NCBI GenBank assembly: GCA_964016885.1
Contig: OZ024740.1
Span: forward strand, 227,478,001 to 227,542,000
From: Eledone cirrhosa
Lineage: Eukaryota
Length of the DNA stretch: 64,000 nt
Reading direction: 5' to 3'
Positions 51,422 to 64,000 of the stretch are shown here, in pieces; within the stretch, counting starts at the first letter, position 1, and the number at the start of each line of letters is the position of its first letter. The notes under the pieces were generated by a model. The model was not told the origin of the DNA. It was given only the letters and a program-made list of their open reading frames with translations, and did not search any database. Position numbers and translations under genes: made by a program.

Positions 51422-52187
51422 ATCATTATCATCTCATCATTTTACATCCGTTTTTTATGCTGGTATGAGTTGAACATTTTTAATACTGTATGTTGTTCTA
51501 GTCATGATATTTTAGCAGAAATTTCCTGCTGGATGCCCATCCTATCACCAACCAGTTTACAGCATGTACTGGGTGCATTTATCATGTAGATAACTAACAC
51601 TGGGAAGGCTGTCATGTCCTTGATATGACTGGGATCTTCCCAGCCCTTTATTTGGCAAGCTTTCTATGGCTGGATGCCCATCCTATCACTAAACACTTTA
51701 CAGCAGGAAGTGGGAGCATTTTATCATGCCATCGGCACTAGAGATGTAATCTGTCAGAACTTAAGGCTCTTCTTTAGCCTGAATCAGCATTAAATCAGAG
51801 TAACAATTCATTTAAATGGGTTGCATTCTCTATAGCTTATCAATTCCTCATCAACGCCATGCACTTATTTTTCCTGAGTACTTGCTCTCCTGAGGGAGTT
51901 GCATTATATGCAGCTTACAACATTTCCATATACCCTGCAGAGTTTTATTTCTTCAGAATTACAGCTCTCCTGCACAGGCTGCCTTCCCTGTGGCTTACGA
52001 AGCCCTTGTCTATCATATATATATGAAAGTCCCACCCTTGCAAGCAAGGAAAAGCAGACGTATAATGATGATGATGATGATATATATATACTCTTTTACC
52101 TGTTCCAGCCATCTGGCTGTGTATGTATATGTATATATATATATACATATATAATTATATATATATATAATATACACAGTTCAGAGA

Positions 52188-52432
52188 GAGGCTGAAGAAA
52201 GAAAGTTTGCCAAAGTTCTGAGGGGTGAGGATCAGAAATGTGAAGTGTTCCACATTGCAAGGCAGTGTGTCAGTGTGAATCATGATGTTGTTGAGAAAAT
52301 GTGTGTTAGAAACAACAGCAGTGTATTTAGCACCACTGATGCTCAAAAGAAAGAGGCATGGAAATGTTACTATGATGAATGTAAAGACTGAATGGAAGGA
52401 AGGAGAAGCTGGGTTCATGAGGAATAAGTTCT
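52188..52432 (+). pseudogene. Old RTE internal fragment
   Basis: Resembles 1290-1520 (e.g. TTGCAAGGCAGTGTGTCAG, GAGGCATGGAAA). Confidence 0.55.
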
Positions 52433-53090
52433 TCCAATATTAATTGTTCCAATGTTTTGAAATAATCGATATTGTTTCTTTATTCTAGAAACCAGAGTAG
52501 GGAGAAGATTATATGAGTTAAACTAACTTATTTTAGTCATTCTGACTTATACTCCCCAGAATTGAGATTTTGGCTCTCTCAGTTCAAATCCTGCCAAGGT
52601 CAACTTTGCCTTTCATCCATTCAAGGTCGATAAAAAAAAGTACCAGTCTAGTACTGGGGTAGATTCTTCTTCTATATCTCTTTCTCCCTTCGATTCTCTC
52701 ATTCTCTGTTTCCTCCTCTGGAAGAAATCTGCAGTATTCAGACCTGGATAGGATTGGGCTCCACCAGGTTTTAAAATGCCCTAGAAATACTGTATATCAT
52801 CAATAAGGTGCCCCTATGACTCCTTCAGGAGTTAAAGGACCATGCCATGCATGCTATTCTTTCTTATTAACTTGTTAAAGCTACAAAGAAAGTTATCACT
52901 TTGTTTTTTGCTTCTTTAACAGTTGATTTCAATAAGGCAGATGGTAAAAGTCCCCTGAGAGACCAAGTTGCAAAACTGCTGATCTATAGTAACTGCAGAC
53001 ACTATTGCGTTTATTCTATACTATGCTCTGATCATTTTCATTAACATGTTAAAGCTACAATGAAAGTTATTAATTTTGCTTCTTCAACAG

Positions 53091-53270
53091 TTGATTTCAA
53101 TGATGGTAAAATTGAACTTCTGAAGCCACAAATTGACAACCCTACCACACTTGGGGCAAGAATTACAGGCTTGAAAAAAGACCATAATTACAGGTTCTAT
53201 GTGTGGGCCCGAACAAAAGCTGGTAAAGGTGCCAACAGTGTTGTAAATGTTAAAACAGTGTATACCTACC
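53091..53270 (+). CDS. Nrg: Neuroglian-like exon (C-terminal half of the FN3 domain)
   Basis: Acceptor TCTTCAACAG, donor GTAAGT; (V)DFNDGKIELLKPQIDNPTTLGARITGLKKDHNYRFYVWARTKAGKG; phase 1-1. Confidence 0.85.
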
Positions 53271-53809
53271 GTAAGTAAACTATCTCCTCCTCTTTCTCTC
53301 CTGTATTATAGTCAATAATGGTGTTTGTAGTAGTTGTAGTAGTAATAATAGAAATACAAATAGTAATAGAACTATTTGTGGTTAGATTAAGTCTTGTTTT
53401 TTCCTTCTCATGACTAATATGTGATTATTTCATACATTTTTTTATTTAGAAGATAATATTCAAATTAATGAAAGTTAATTAAAAACTATTTAAGCTAACT
53501 TTCCAATGGTTTTCTTATCCAAAGCCTTTTGTAAAAATTGACTATCACTTATTGTTGTTTTAAAATGTTTGAGTGGGTATACATAAGTGTAAAAGAGTGA
53601 GTGTTATAACCAAATGTCTTATTACTATGTTTTCATTCATGAGAATTCATGAATGGAGGGGTGCCTATGCTCAGTTTTGTCAATTATTTGTTTCTGTTTT
53701 TACATTTATATTTTCTTCGAGATAATAACCAATCACTGAATGTACAAATATGTTGTAGGCTCGCCCTAGTTAATTAGAATTAGAGGAAAAATACATGTAA
53801 ATTAGAAGC

Positions 53810-53843
<34 letters not shown>

Positions 53844-53997
53844 GTTTTATTTAGATCATGTCAGTGTCCTGTTCCTTTGTATGTGTGTGTAGAGAGAGAG
53901 AGAGAGAACAGTGTATGTAAATTTGAGGGTAAATTTTATATATATATTCATGCATATATATATATGTGTGTATATATATATATATGTGTGTGTGTGT

Positions 53998-54512
53998 GTC
54001 AGGTTGCTCTTCAGCACTACTGGTAACATGTAACCCAGTACAACCTGTGCTTGGTCAGGTCGTTGGCAACTAACCCGGCAACCCCACCAAGTTTGCTTGG
54101 TGATGAGGGTGATTTTGGACACCCTGGGGGATGAAAAACGGCAGAGGAATTCAGGAAAGCCAACGGCCATCCAATAAAGATTTTTTTTTGGGGGGGGGGG
54201 GGGACCCCTAATCTTCATTAAGGTATCTCTCTAGGAGCAGGTCACTCTGATAGAAAACCTGCAACTTTGGTGGCATCCAATGATGAAAACCAATTCTACT
54301 TTTTGTCTAAATGCATTCGATGTTCAGAGAGTGGGATTGACCCTGTTGAAAGCCTTTCCTCACTTAAAAAAGCTTCTAGCACAGGCACCTCTTGATATGT
54401 AATATTTCTTTCGATGCATGGCTTGGCTGGCCATAGGCAAGTCCCTAGCATGTCTGTGATGCTGATGCTTAAGTATCAAGTGATGGCATTACTTGAAATC
54501 GAGTTTGTCATC
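53998..54512 (+). mobile_element. Family X retroposon, apparently complete
   Basis: Matches 12938-13490 in inverted orientation; 5' part resembles 60396-60600 and 63130-63352. Confidence 0.65.
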
Positions 54513-54808
54513 ATATATATGTATATATATATATGTATCTGTGTGTGTGTGTGTGTATACATATATATGCACACAGATACAACAAGTTTCCTTTGTCTCT
54601 GTCTACCAAATTCACTCACATGGCATTGATCAACCTGAGGAGGTTATAGAAGACACTTGCCCTAGATACTGTGCAATGGGATCAAACTGGAAACCATGTG
54701 GTTGTGAAGTCCATAATCTGAACATATGCCACACACAATCCTTAATACCAGTTTTACTAATCAGTCTGTTTTTGAGTACGCATATGTGTGTATATGTGTA
54801 TGTGTGTG

Positions 54809-54839
<31 letters not shown>

Positions 54840-55569
54840 CTACTTTAGAATAGATACACTGTACCCCTGAAGGTTATAATAGGATGTTATAAGGGTTGGT
54901 GCCAGGAAGGGCACCCAACTGTAAAACATTGCCTCAGAAAGGGTCCCATGATATCCACAGAGCTGATTCCTGTTTTAGCAAAACAAGAAAAAATTGCGTT
55001 AAAACCCTTAAAACCTTTGTGTTGTATTTGTTGTTGTTATTGTTGTTGTCTGTGTGAACGCTATGTTTTTTGGGGGTTTTTTTTTTTTTTCACAATATTT
55101 GTCAATTTGAAAAGGCCTGAAATAAGAAAACATTTTTATTTAGCAAAAATGTTTTTCATGTTTGTTACTATATATTTCTTTTTTAGTTTTTGTTGCTATT
55201 TTCCTAAATTGAATTCTATCTCCCCACCCCCCGACAATGACTAATTTCATGGTGTTTTGAATTTTGTATTTTATTTTTTTTTTTTTTTTGCTGCTATTGC
55301 TATTGCTGTGGTTGCTCTTGTTATTGTTTTATGCAACTACTAGCTGATTCATCTCATTTAATTCTATTAATTTGCTATTGTTTTACTTCTAAAATTCTTT
55401 TAGACATTCAGTATAGTTCTGTTACTGTTTATAGTGAATATTTTTGGAAATGGTCTTTAACAATAAAAAAAGTTTATCATTATTATCTTTTTTCCTCCTC
55501 CTCTTTCTTCTTCTTCTCATCATCATCATCATCATTATCATCATCATCATTGATAACGATTTTACTCTG

Positions 55570-55925
55570 GCAGATGTTATAGCAACACTATACCAAAAGA
55601 GTGAGCCATAGACAATGGCCAAAGGTCCTTTGGGTCATCCCTTCTCCTTCAACTTTCCACTGTTTTCTGCAACAATCCTGTCCTAACTTCTCAAGCCATG
55701 TATCCAACCTCTTACTAACTGCTCCCAGTGTACCAACCACAATCTGTACCACTTCTACATATCTGATTCTCCATAGTTTCCTGATTTCTCTCTTCAGTTC
55801 TTGGTCGTCAACTTTCTCACTCTCCTTCTCATTCACCCTGTGGTCCCATGGAGATGCAATATCCACAATAATTGCTTTGTTAATCTTCCTTTTCTATGAC
55901 AACAATATCGGCTTTTCTAGCCTTG
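55570..55925 (-). pseudogene. 3' fragment of another RLE-type (R4-like) element
   Basis: DIASPWDHRVNEKESEKV...ELKREIRKLW...IVVGTLGAV, typical of an RLE C-terminus. Confidence 0.75.
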
Positions 55926-55959
55926 ATTATTACTATCTTTGTTGTTATTTACGGCATAG

Positions 55960-56500
55960 AATTTTATGGCCCTTACGTTCTTAGTTCAAATCCCACCAAG
56001 GTTAGCTTTACCATTCATCCTTACGGGGTCAATAAAATAAAGTACCAGTAATGCACTGGTACTTCATTGATTTAATCGACTTTCTCCCTCCCTTAAAATT
56101 GTTGGCCTTGTGCCAAAATCTGAAACCGTTATTATTATTATTATTATTGAAGGTGGTGGATTGGCAGAATCATTAGAGCATCAGATTAAACGCCTTGTGG
56201 CATTTGTAACAGCCCTTTACATTTAGAGTTCAAATCCCACCTAGGTCAACCTTACCTTCCATCCTTCTGGAATTGATCAAATAAAGTAGCAGTCACATAC
56301 TGGAGTTGATTTAATCGACCTTCCCCTAAATTGCTGGCCTTGTACCTAAATCAAAAATCATTATTATTATTAAAAGTCTCTGTTATTAAAATAATTGTTT
56401 CTATTTTTGGCACAAGGCCAGCAATTATCCCAGTGTATTACTGGTACTTTATTTTATCGACCTCGTAAGGATGAAAGGCAAAGTAAACCTCGGAGGGATT
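55960..56500. mobile_element. Three SINE-A-related copies
   Basis: B-box, core and tail motifs on + (two copies) and - (one copy). Confidence 0.75.
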
Positions 56501-56654
56501 TAATAAATGTTGGAAAGTTTATCAAACAAATTTATAAAAATATTTTTTCAGAATGAAAATAAATCTAATATCGATTTTTTTTTTTTTTGCTCTCTCTATG
56601 ATTTATGGTTACTTTTTTGAGATTATTTATACAAATATATGTCTCATATATATA

Positions 56655-56699
<45 letters not shown>

Positions 56700-56845
56700 A
56701 CATACATATTGACATATGTATGTGTATATATATAGAGAGAGAGAGAGAAATAGATAGATCAGATTGGTGGTGGTAAAAACCAGTTAAACCATTACTCACC
56801 AGAGTACTCAATACTTGGGATAGTAGAGTGGGTAATAATAGGAAA

Positions 56846-56954
56846 AAATTCAGGACCCCGACAGCTGAGCTCCGGCCGTTTCAACAGCTAGATCTGAACG
56901 GTTTGGATCTAACTGTTGAAATGGCCGGAGCTCAGCTGATGGGGTCCTGAATTT
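56846..56954. repeat. Imperfect palindrome of the same family as 5091-5206
   Basis: GACCCCGACAGCTGAGCTCCGGCCGTTTCAACAG...CTGTTGAAATGGCCGGAGCTCAGCTGATGGGGTC; the shared tail lies on the minus strand at 56765-56845. Confidence 0.85.
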
Positions 56955-57284
56955 GTTCATATATATATGGATAGATATAGATATATACTGTTATACTTTG
57001 GGAGGGTCATGTTGCCAATAGATATATAGATATATACATATTTATTGTTATCAACAAGGAAAGGGAATTATTCCTGATTATCTATATTTCACAATCTATT
57101 ATTGAACAGTTAGAAGCAATTTATTGTTTCCATTTCACATCTATCCCCCCCCTCTCTCTCCTCTCTCTCTTTCTCTCTCTCTCTCTCTTTGCTTATCTAT
57201 CTATCTATCTATCTAGACTGTCTCTCTGATTATCTAACTCCCTTACTCTCTCTATCTCTCTCTCTCTACCTATCTATCTATCTA

Positions 57285-57650
57285 CTCCGGCGAGCAACTG
57301 ATTCGTTTTTTCAAATATCATTTTGGAAGAAGAATCAGGATGGAGAGAGAGGTGCTGTACCCCAGCAAATTTTATAAAAGGTGGGTGAATGTGGCAAAGA
57401 TGGCCCGAGTGGTTGGGCGTTCTCTCTATATAAGCCTGCCTGTAGGTTGAGGAAAAAGAGGAAGAGAGGAAGGGAGTACTCACTCTTGGTGCTCCTGGAG
57501 ATGAGGGTTGTACATTTTTTCGGGGTGTGTAACGCCTCCCCCCTATTGGGGATTTCAATTGTTATTTGTTATTGTATTAATAGTTTTAGTTTCATATACC
57601 TGTATTTGTCCCCTTCTTTTGTGCCCTTGTGGCTAATAAAGAAATTTATC
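57285..57650 (+). mobile_element. Tx1-like 3' end in a (TATC)n tract
   Basis: Similar to 9440-9725 and 36070-36440. Confidence 0.65.
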
Positions 57651-58234
57651 TATGACTGTCTCTCTGACTATCTAACTCCCTTACTCTCTCTCTCTCTCTC
57701 TCTCTCTCTCATTCTTTCTCTATCTATCTATCACTCTATCTCTGTTGTATCTCTATCTCTGTTGTATCTCTCTCTCACTCTGACCATCTATCTCCCTGAC
57801 TATCTATCTCTCTTTGTCTTTTCCTTTCTCCCTCTCTCTTAGTCATACTTTTTTTCAAAAATACCTCTAAATATAAAAACATTCCTTCATTATTTCAGTT
57901 TACTTTTGGAGATTTTCACATATATCATATATGGAAAGATTGTTATTATTTGAGGCTCTTCTTTATTATTATTACTTCTGATATCTCAATCATTGATGTT
58001 ATTTAACCAAAAAATTTGCCCTAATGAACAAAGGGAAAGTCGATTAAATTTGTAGCGGAACTACTTCATACCTTGCAACAACAATGTTTCATATGTGATT
58101 TGGTTAAACAAACCAATTGTATTAGTTCCCCAGTGCATTACAGGTACTTTATTCTATCGACCCTGTAAGGATGAAAAGCAACTCTAGCCTTGACAGGATT
58201 TCAGAACTTAAAGGGCCATAACTATACCCTAAAA

Positions 58235-58544
58235 CAGTGCTTCTCAAACTATCTGATGTGGCGGACCGGCATTTTTTTTTTCAATGTGCCACGTACCGCT
58301 AATATTTCGTAGTAATATTAATTTATACCGGAAACGATATATATAATGAATATAATAATAGTTGACCATTTTTTTATCTTCTATTTATTTTGTAAACAAA
58401 TAATACAATATCAAAACATATAAAAAAGTAATAAAAAAATGCCTCAAATGATTCCTTAGCATGGCCTGGACACTGGCCGCGTACCGGTAGCTGATGACTC
58501 GCGTATCGGCACCAGTCCACGGACCACCACTTTGAGTAGCACTG
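58235..58544. mobile_element. hAT (Charlie-like) MITE nested in a SINE-A copy
   Basis: TIRs CAGTGCTTCTCAAA / TTTGAGTAGCACTG; 8-bp TSD CCCTAAAA / CCCTAAAT. Confidence 0.85.
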
Positions 58545-58845
58545 CCCTAAATCATGTTTTCTGATGTTCTACTGATAATAATAATGATTTCTACTTTAAG
58601 CATAAGGCTAGTCATTTAAGGGCATTGGGGAAAGCAAACATATTGACCCCAGATTTTATTAGTACTTTATATTATCATTATGGTTCCAAATTTTGGCACA
58701 GTAGAAGTTATCTTAAGGGGAAAGAAAAGTTTATTATATTGATTCCAGGTCTTTATTGGTACTCACCAGTATTTGAACTCAGAATGTACAAAGCTGGAAC
58801 ATATACTCTAATGACTGTGCCAGTCTACCACCCTAATAATAATAA

Positions 58846-58880
<35 letters not shown>

Positions 58881-59040
58881 AAGATATTAGCTGAAATAAG
58901 TGTTAATTTGTAAAAGATTGAAAATGCCTGACGGCAAAGACAGATACATCAGCAGTGTAATACCAAATATTTATCAGATCAACCATTTAGAAGATGGTGT
59001 AGCTAAAATATTAAAAATAGTGGAGAGAAAAAAAAACAAA

Positions 59041-59117
<77 letters not shown>

Positions 59118-59199
59118 ATATATATGTATGTATGTGTATATATATATAAATATATGTATGTGTATATATATATGTGTGTGTGTGTGTGTGTATGTATAT

Positions 59200-59234
<35 letters not shown>

Positions 59235-60671
59235 TTTAGGAATAAGATTTGGCCATTTTGTGGGAGAGAAACAGCTACATCTGTCTGAACAGGTATTGTG
59301 AGTGAGGAATACCTGATGGGGCCAGGGTGTTGCAGGGAGAGCAATTAACTGATGTTAGTAGGTGCACATTCTACAGAGGAGGTAGATCAAGGAAGAGTGA
59401 GAAAGATATAGTTGAGAACATCTGTAGGCCTCAGATTATTAATACACAAAAATCATTCTGTACTCCATGTAGTCTTTCCCAGCACCATCAACTTCTATAC
59501 ACAGATAATCGTTTCTAATATAAGCACAATAGTATACATTTGAGAGGATGTAGGTATAGTCTATTATATCAACCATAGTATTTAACTGGGATCGATATAA
59601 TTACTGTGAAGGCTTGCCATGTAGAGATGAATGTGTTAGGCTCCTGATGGTAATATTGTGGGACTGATTCCCAGAATGGGCAACATATTGTGTTCTTGAG
59701 CAAAATACTTAATTTCATGTTGCTCCAGTTCACCCAACTGAAAATGAGTACCAGAGTACCAGAGTACCAGTAGCTGGGGTTTAACCCTGCAATGGACCAG
59801 CATCCCGTGTACTCTCAGTCAATTAATGCCAATGAAATTAGGATAAGCTTTGACCTGATGAATCTCCATGTTTCAGACAGACTACCTTTTTAACTAAGTA
59901 TTATTCGGGACTTGGAAGGATGAAAGGCAAAGTTGACCTCTGTGAGAAATGAACTCTGTGAGAAATGAACTCTGTAAAGGGCCATAACTAAATACAACAA
60001 GGCATTTTTTTTAATGCTCTATCGATTCTGTCAATCCACCATCCTTGATAATTAACCCTTTGTAACCATATTTCTAATGAAATACACTTAGTTTCAATTA
60101 ATTAATGAAGAATTTTGAGGGATTTACTAAAATTATGAATTACTCTTTTACCCTCTTTTACCTGTTCCAGCCATCCAGCTGAGGCCATGCTTGGGCACCG
60201 TTTTAAAAATTAACTTAACATATGGTTCTTGTATTAAATTAATAGTTCATTTATCACCAGGATTCTCAACAGTTATCATTATGACATTTTGCCTTTCATC
60301 CTTACGGGGTCGATAAAATAAAGTACCAGTAATGCACTGGGTAATTACTGGCCTTGTGCCTAAAGTAGAAACAATTATGACATTGTATACCTTGCGTCAG
60401 TTCAGGCTTCTGCCTGCTACTGGTACCAAGTAACCCAGTACAACCGGCTTCATGGTCAAGTGGTTGGCAACAAAACCAGCTTCCCCACCAGATCCTGGTC
60501 TGAGGAGGAGGGTAAATGGCATCCCAACAGCATAAAAAACAAAAACTGTTAAAAGGCAGATGAACTTCTCAAAGTCAATGACCATCTACCCCAACTATAA
60601 ATTAAATAGCCTCAATGACAGAGTATGACAGAGCAAGAACTATCAGCCAGATGTGACTCTCCCATTATTAT

Positions 60672-60719
<48 letters not shown>

Positions 60720-60747
60720 AAAATATATGTGTGTGTGTGTATATAAA

Positions 60748-60795
<48 letters not shown>

Positions 60796-60849
60796 GTATA
60801 AAAATAAATACATATATATATATACCTAAATATATACCTAAATACAAAG

Positions 60850-61327
60850 TAAAACCTACTACAGTCAGTAGGCATCTCTAACAAAATATACCCCCGTCCC
60901 ACCACCTCCACCCCATCCACACCGCCCCTTTCAATGTAAAGTTATGTTGGTGCCACAACATCCAGGCCGAAACAAATGAGATCGTGTAGGTGTCACGACA
61001 AAAAAAAAAACACACAGTCCACGCTGTAATGTGGCCGTGTAGGCAACATGGTAAAAACCTCCCAGCCCCACACTGTAAATGTGGTTGGTGTTAGGAAGGG
61101 CATCCAACTGTAGAAAACACGCCAGACAGTCCACGCTGTAATGTGGCCGTGTAGGCAACACAGTAAAAACCTCCCAGCCCCACACTGTAAATGTGGTTGG
61201 TGTTAGGAAGGGCATCCAACTGTAGAAAACCTGCCAGACAGTCCTATGCGAGCAAGACAATCACTCTTGCCTCAAGTGGGAAAACCCCCGTCCAAACCCA
61301 TGCAAGCGTGGAACACGGACGTTAAAC

Positions 61328-61369
<42 letters not shown>

Positions 61370-61370
61370 A
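60850..61370 (+). mobile_element. Family C retroposon with an internal tandem duplication of about 110 bp
   Basis: CAGTCCACGCTGTAATGTGGCC...GCCAGA occurs twice; (GAT)n tail. Confidence 0.8.
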
Positions 61371-61408
61371 TATATATATATATGTACATGTGTACATGTG
61401 TACATGTG

Positions 61409-61440
<32 letters not shown>

Positions 61441-62407
61441 ATCAAAGAATAGATAGTTTTCTATGGACAATCAAATTCACAAAAGTATTATTTTTATTTT
61501 TCTATAAATATCCATTTAACAGTTTCACAATAAAGTTCAACCAACCATGATATACACCTATAGAGAATAATGCAGCTTCAAGCATGAATGACTTAGCAAA
61601 TGGCTGCGTCACATGAGAACAAAAATCTGGCAGAATGCTTCCTCTTTCAAATAAATTCTTACATTTTATCCAGTCTGTCTTCCTAGAAAAAGGAGAAAAG
61701 ATATAGAAAGATATAGTCAGAGAGGGAGGGGGAGGACAGAGAAAGGAAGATTGAGAGTGTCAGAGGGGAGAGAAAAGAAGAATGGTAGAGTGAGAGTGTT
61801 GGAGAGAGAGAGGGGGGAAGGGAGGGAGGGAGAGAGAGTAAGAGAGACTCAGGAAGTAAGTAAAAGGGAACCAATTCCACAATAAAAGATTGCTTAGTGT
61901 CAGAATTTCATTACAAAACTCTGAGCAGATTTGTCAAAATTGTTTTCTTCATCATCATCATAATCATCATCATCATCATCATAATCAACATAATCATCAT
62001 AATCATCGTCATCATAATGATGATCATCATCGTCATCATAATGATCATCATCATCATCATCATTATCATCATCATCATCATCATCATCATCATTATCATC
62101 ATCATCAATATCATCATTTAATGTCCACTTACCCTGCTAGCAAGGGTTGGACGAGTCTTCATAGACCAAGTCAGTACTGGAATGAGGCAAGACTGACCTC
62201 CCAGAAAAAAAATATATGTACACACATATATATATATACTCAGTTACAAATATATTGAATATAAACTTCCTCATAAAAAGCAAAAGACTACTCACCCTCT
62301 CTCACATGCTTTCTTTTCATTCAATGGTAACCTCCTTCTTGTAGTAATATTTCCATACCTGTTTCTTCTTGATATCAGTGAGGGTAAATGTACTTCTATT
62401 ATTACAT

Positions 62408-62718
62408 CAAATCCCGCCGAGGTTAACTTTGCCTTTCATCCTTACGAGGTCGATAAAATAAAGTACCAGTAATACACTGGAATAATTGCTGGCCATGTGC
62501 CAAAAGTAGAAACAATTATTACACCCATATTGGATTGGCAGTATAAGTAGAGGGTCGAACGCAATGCTTTCCAGCATAGAGTTACGTCCCTTTACAGTTT
62601 GAGTTCAAATCCCAACGAGGTTAACTTTGCCTTTCATCCTTACGGGGTTGATAAAATAAAGTACCAGTAATGCACTGGGATAATTGCTGGCCTTGTGCCA
62701 AAAGTAGAAACCATAATT
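62408..62718 (+). mobile_element. Two tandem SINE-A copies
   Basis: Consensus match. Confidence 0.85.
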
Positions 62719-63749
62719 ACATACATATTTCTCACAAACAGCATCCCAATTCAAAGATACACTACTTAGCAAATCAGAACACCTCAAGCTTCTAATCCTT
62801 ATATTACAGTATATTGGAAAAGCCATTACTCTTTGCTGTTCACGTTGCTAAATATAATTGACATCCAGCTTCCTTTCTATCTTCCTTGCTCTTCTTATTC
62901 TTCCATACTTTTCAGGTCTGTTTTTTAGTTCTTATGGCATACCATACCATTCCATTTTCCTTGTACCATAGACATAGCTCCCAATCAAATCCAGGGCCTT
63001 CTCACTCCTGTTGAAGGAACCCCTCCCTGGTTGACCTCCACTGCTTTCTGTTTGATTTCAACCATGTCAGTGGTGTAGCTGTACTCATCACCCATGACCA
63101 ATTGTGGGTTGGTGAAGCTATTTAACCCATAGTTGGGGTGGATGGCAGTTGACTCTGAGGAGTTCATCTGCCCTTTTTACAGCTCTTGTTTTTTTGTTTT
63201 TTTTTTGGGGGGGGGGGCTGCTGGGGTTCAACTTAACCTCCTCACCTGATAGGATCTGGTGGGGAAGCTGGTTTAGTCACCAACCACTCAACCATGAAGC
63301 AGGTTGTATTGTGTTACATGGTACCAGTAGCAGGCAGAAACCTGACCTGACATAGTCCCCATGTACATACAAATAGCCACCATGTCTATAAATAAAATGT
63401 CACTGCATCTGTTATTAAGTGAGGCTGTAAAAGAACCTGCTTTTGTTCATCTTTAGTCCTAATTTGTGCTACATATGCACACAAACCACTGCTGCTATTG
63501 TATTGCCTATGATTAACTCTAAATACCTCAATTACTTATTTTATTTCTCTGTCAAAAGATATTCTGGCTCCCCCAACTCTGGCACTGTTATTTACCCAGA
63601 ACAATTTATATCTGCATTCCTTGCTTATAAAGAATCTCACTATAGCATTACCCCCATCTTACTGCTTGTACACAGCATACATCTACCTGCCTTCATCTCT
63701 CTCTCATATATATATATATATATAAATGTGTGTGTGTGTGTGTGTGTGG

Positions 63750-63821
<72 letters not shown>

Positions 63822-64000
63822 ATGTGTGTGTGTATAAGTAAAATAGAATATCAGAGGAAAATACAATGCAATAATGATATGTTAGTATAAAACATATAAG
63901 AAGTTAGAAAACTGTCTTAATGTTTCAAATGCTAGTCCTTCATTGGAAAATAGATATACATAGAGAAGGGAAGTTATTTGCAGAGAGAAGAAAAAGAAAA

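Noticed and set aside
61890-62258. Poly-His ORF
   Set aside because: (CAT)n microsatellite adjoining an RTE-type tail on the minus strand; no splice context.

Overview
Eukaryotic, AT- and microsatellite-rich DNA whose repeat content resembles an octopod cephalopod genome (inference). It is mostly intronic/intergenic sequence packed with non-LTR retrotransposons: an intact 1039-aa RTE-clade LINE (103-3222) with truncated sister copies, R4/Dong-type RLE elements sitting in (TACA)n tracts, Tx1 and CR1 fragments, at least two tRNA-SINE families, and mariner, hAT and TTAA-flanked MITEs. Three in-phase exons (47702-53270, + strand) encode FN3 domains of a neuroglian/L1CAM-like protein. The most striking unexplained structure is a set of short non-coding elements, several of them long DNA palindromes, carrying type I hammerhead-ribozyme motifs: four with intact cores and several decayed or half motifs. 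They are probably Penelope-like or retrozyme-like termini. Most ORFs in the supplied track are microsatellite artefacts. All calls were made by eye; element boundaries are approximate unless stated.
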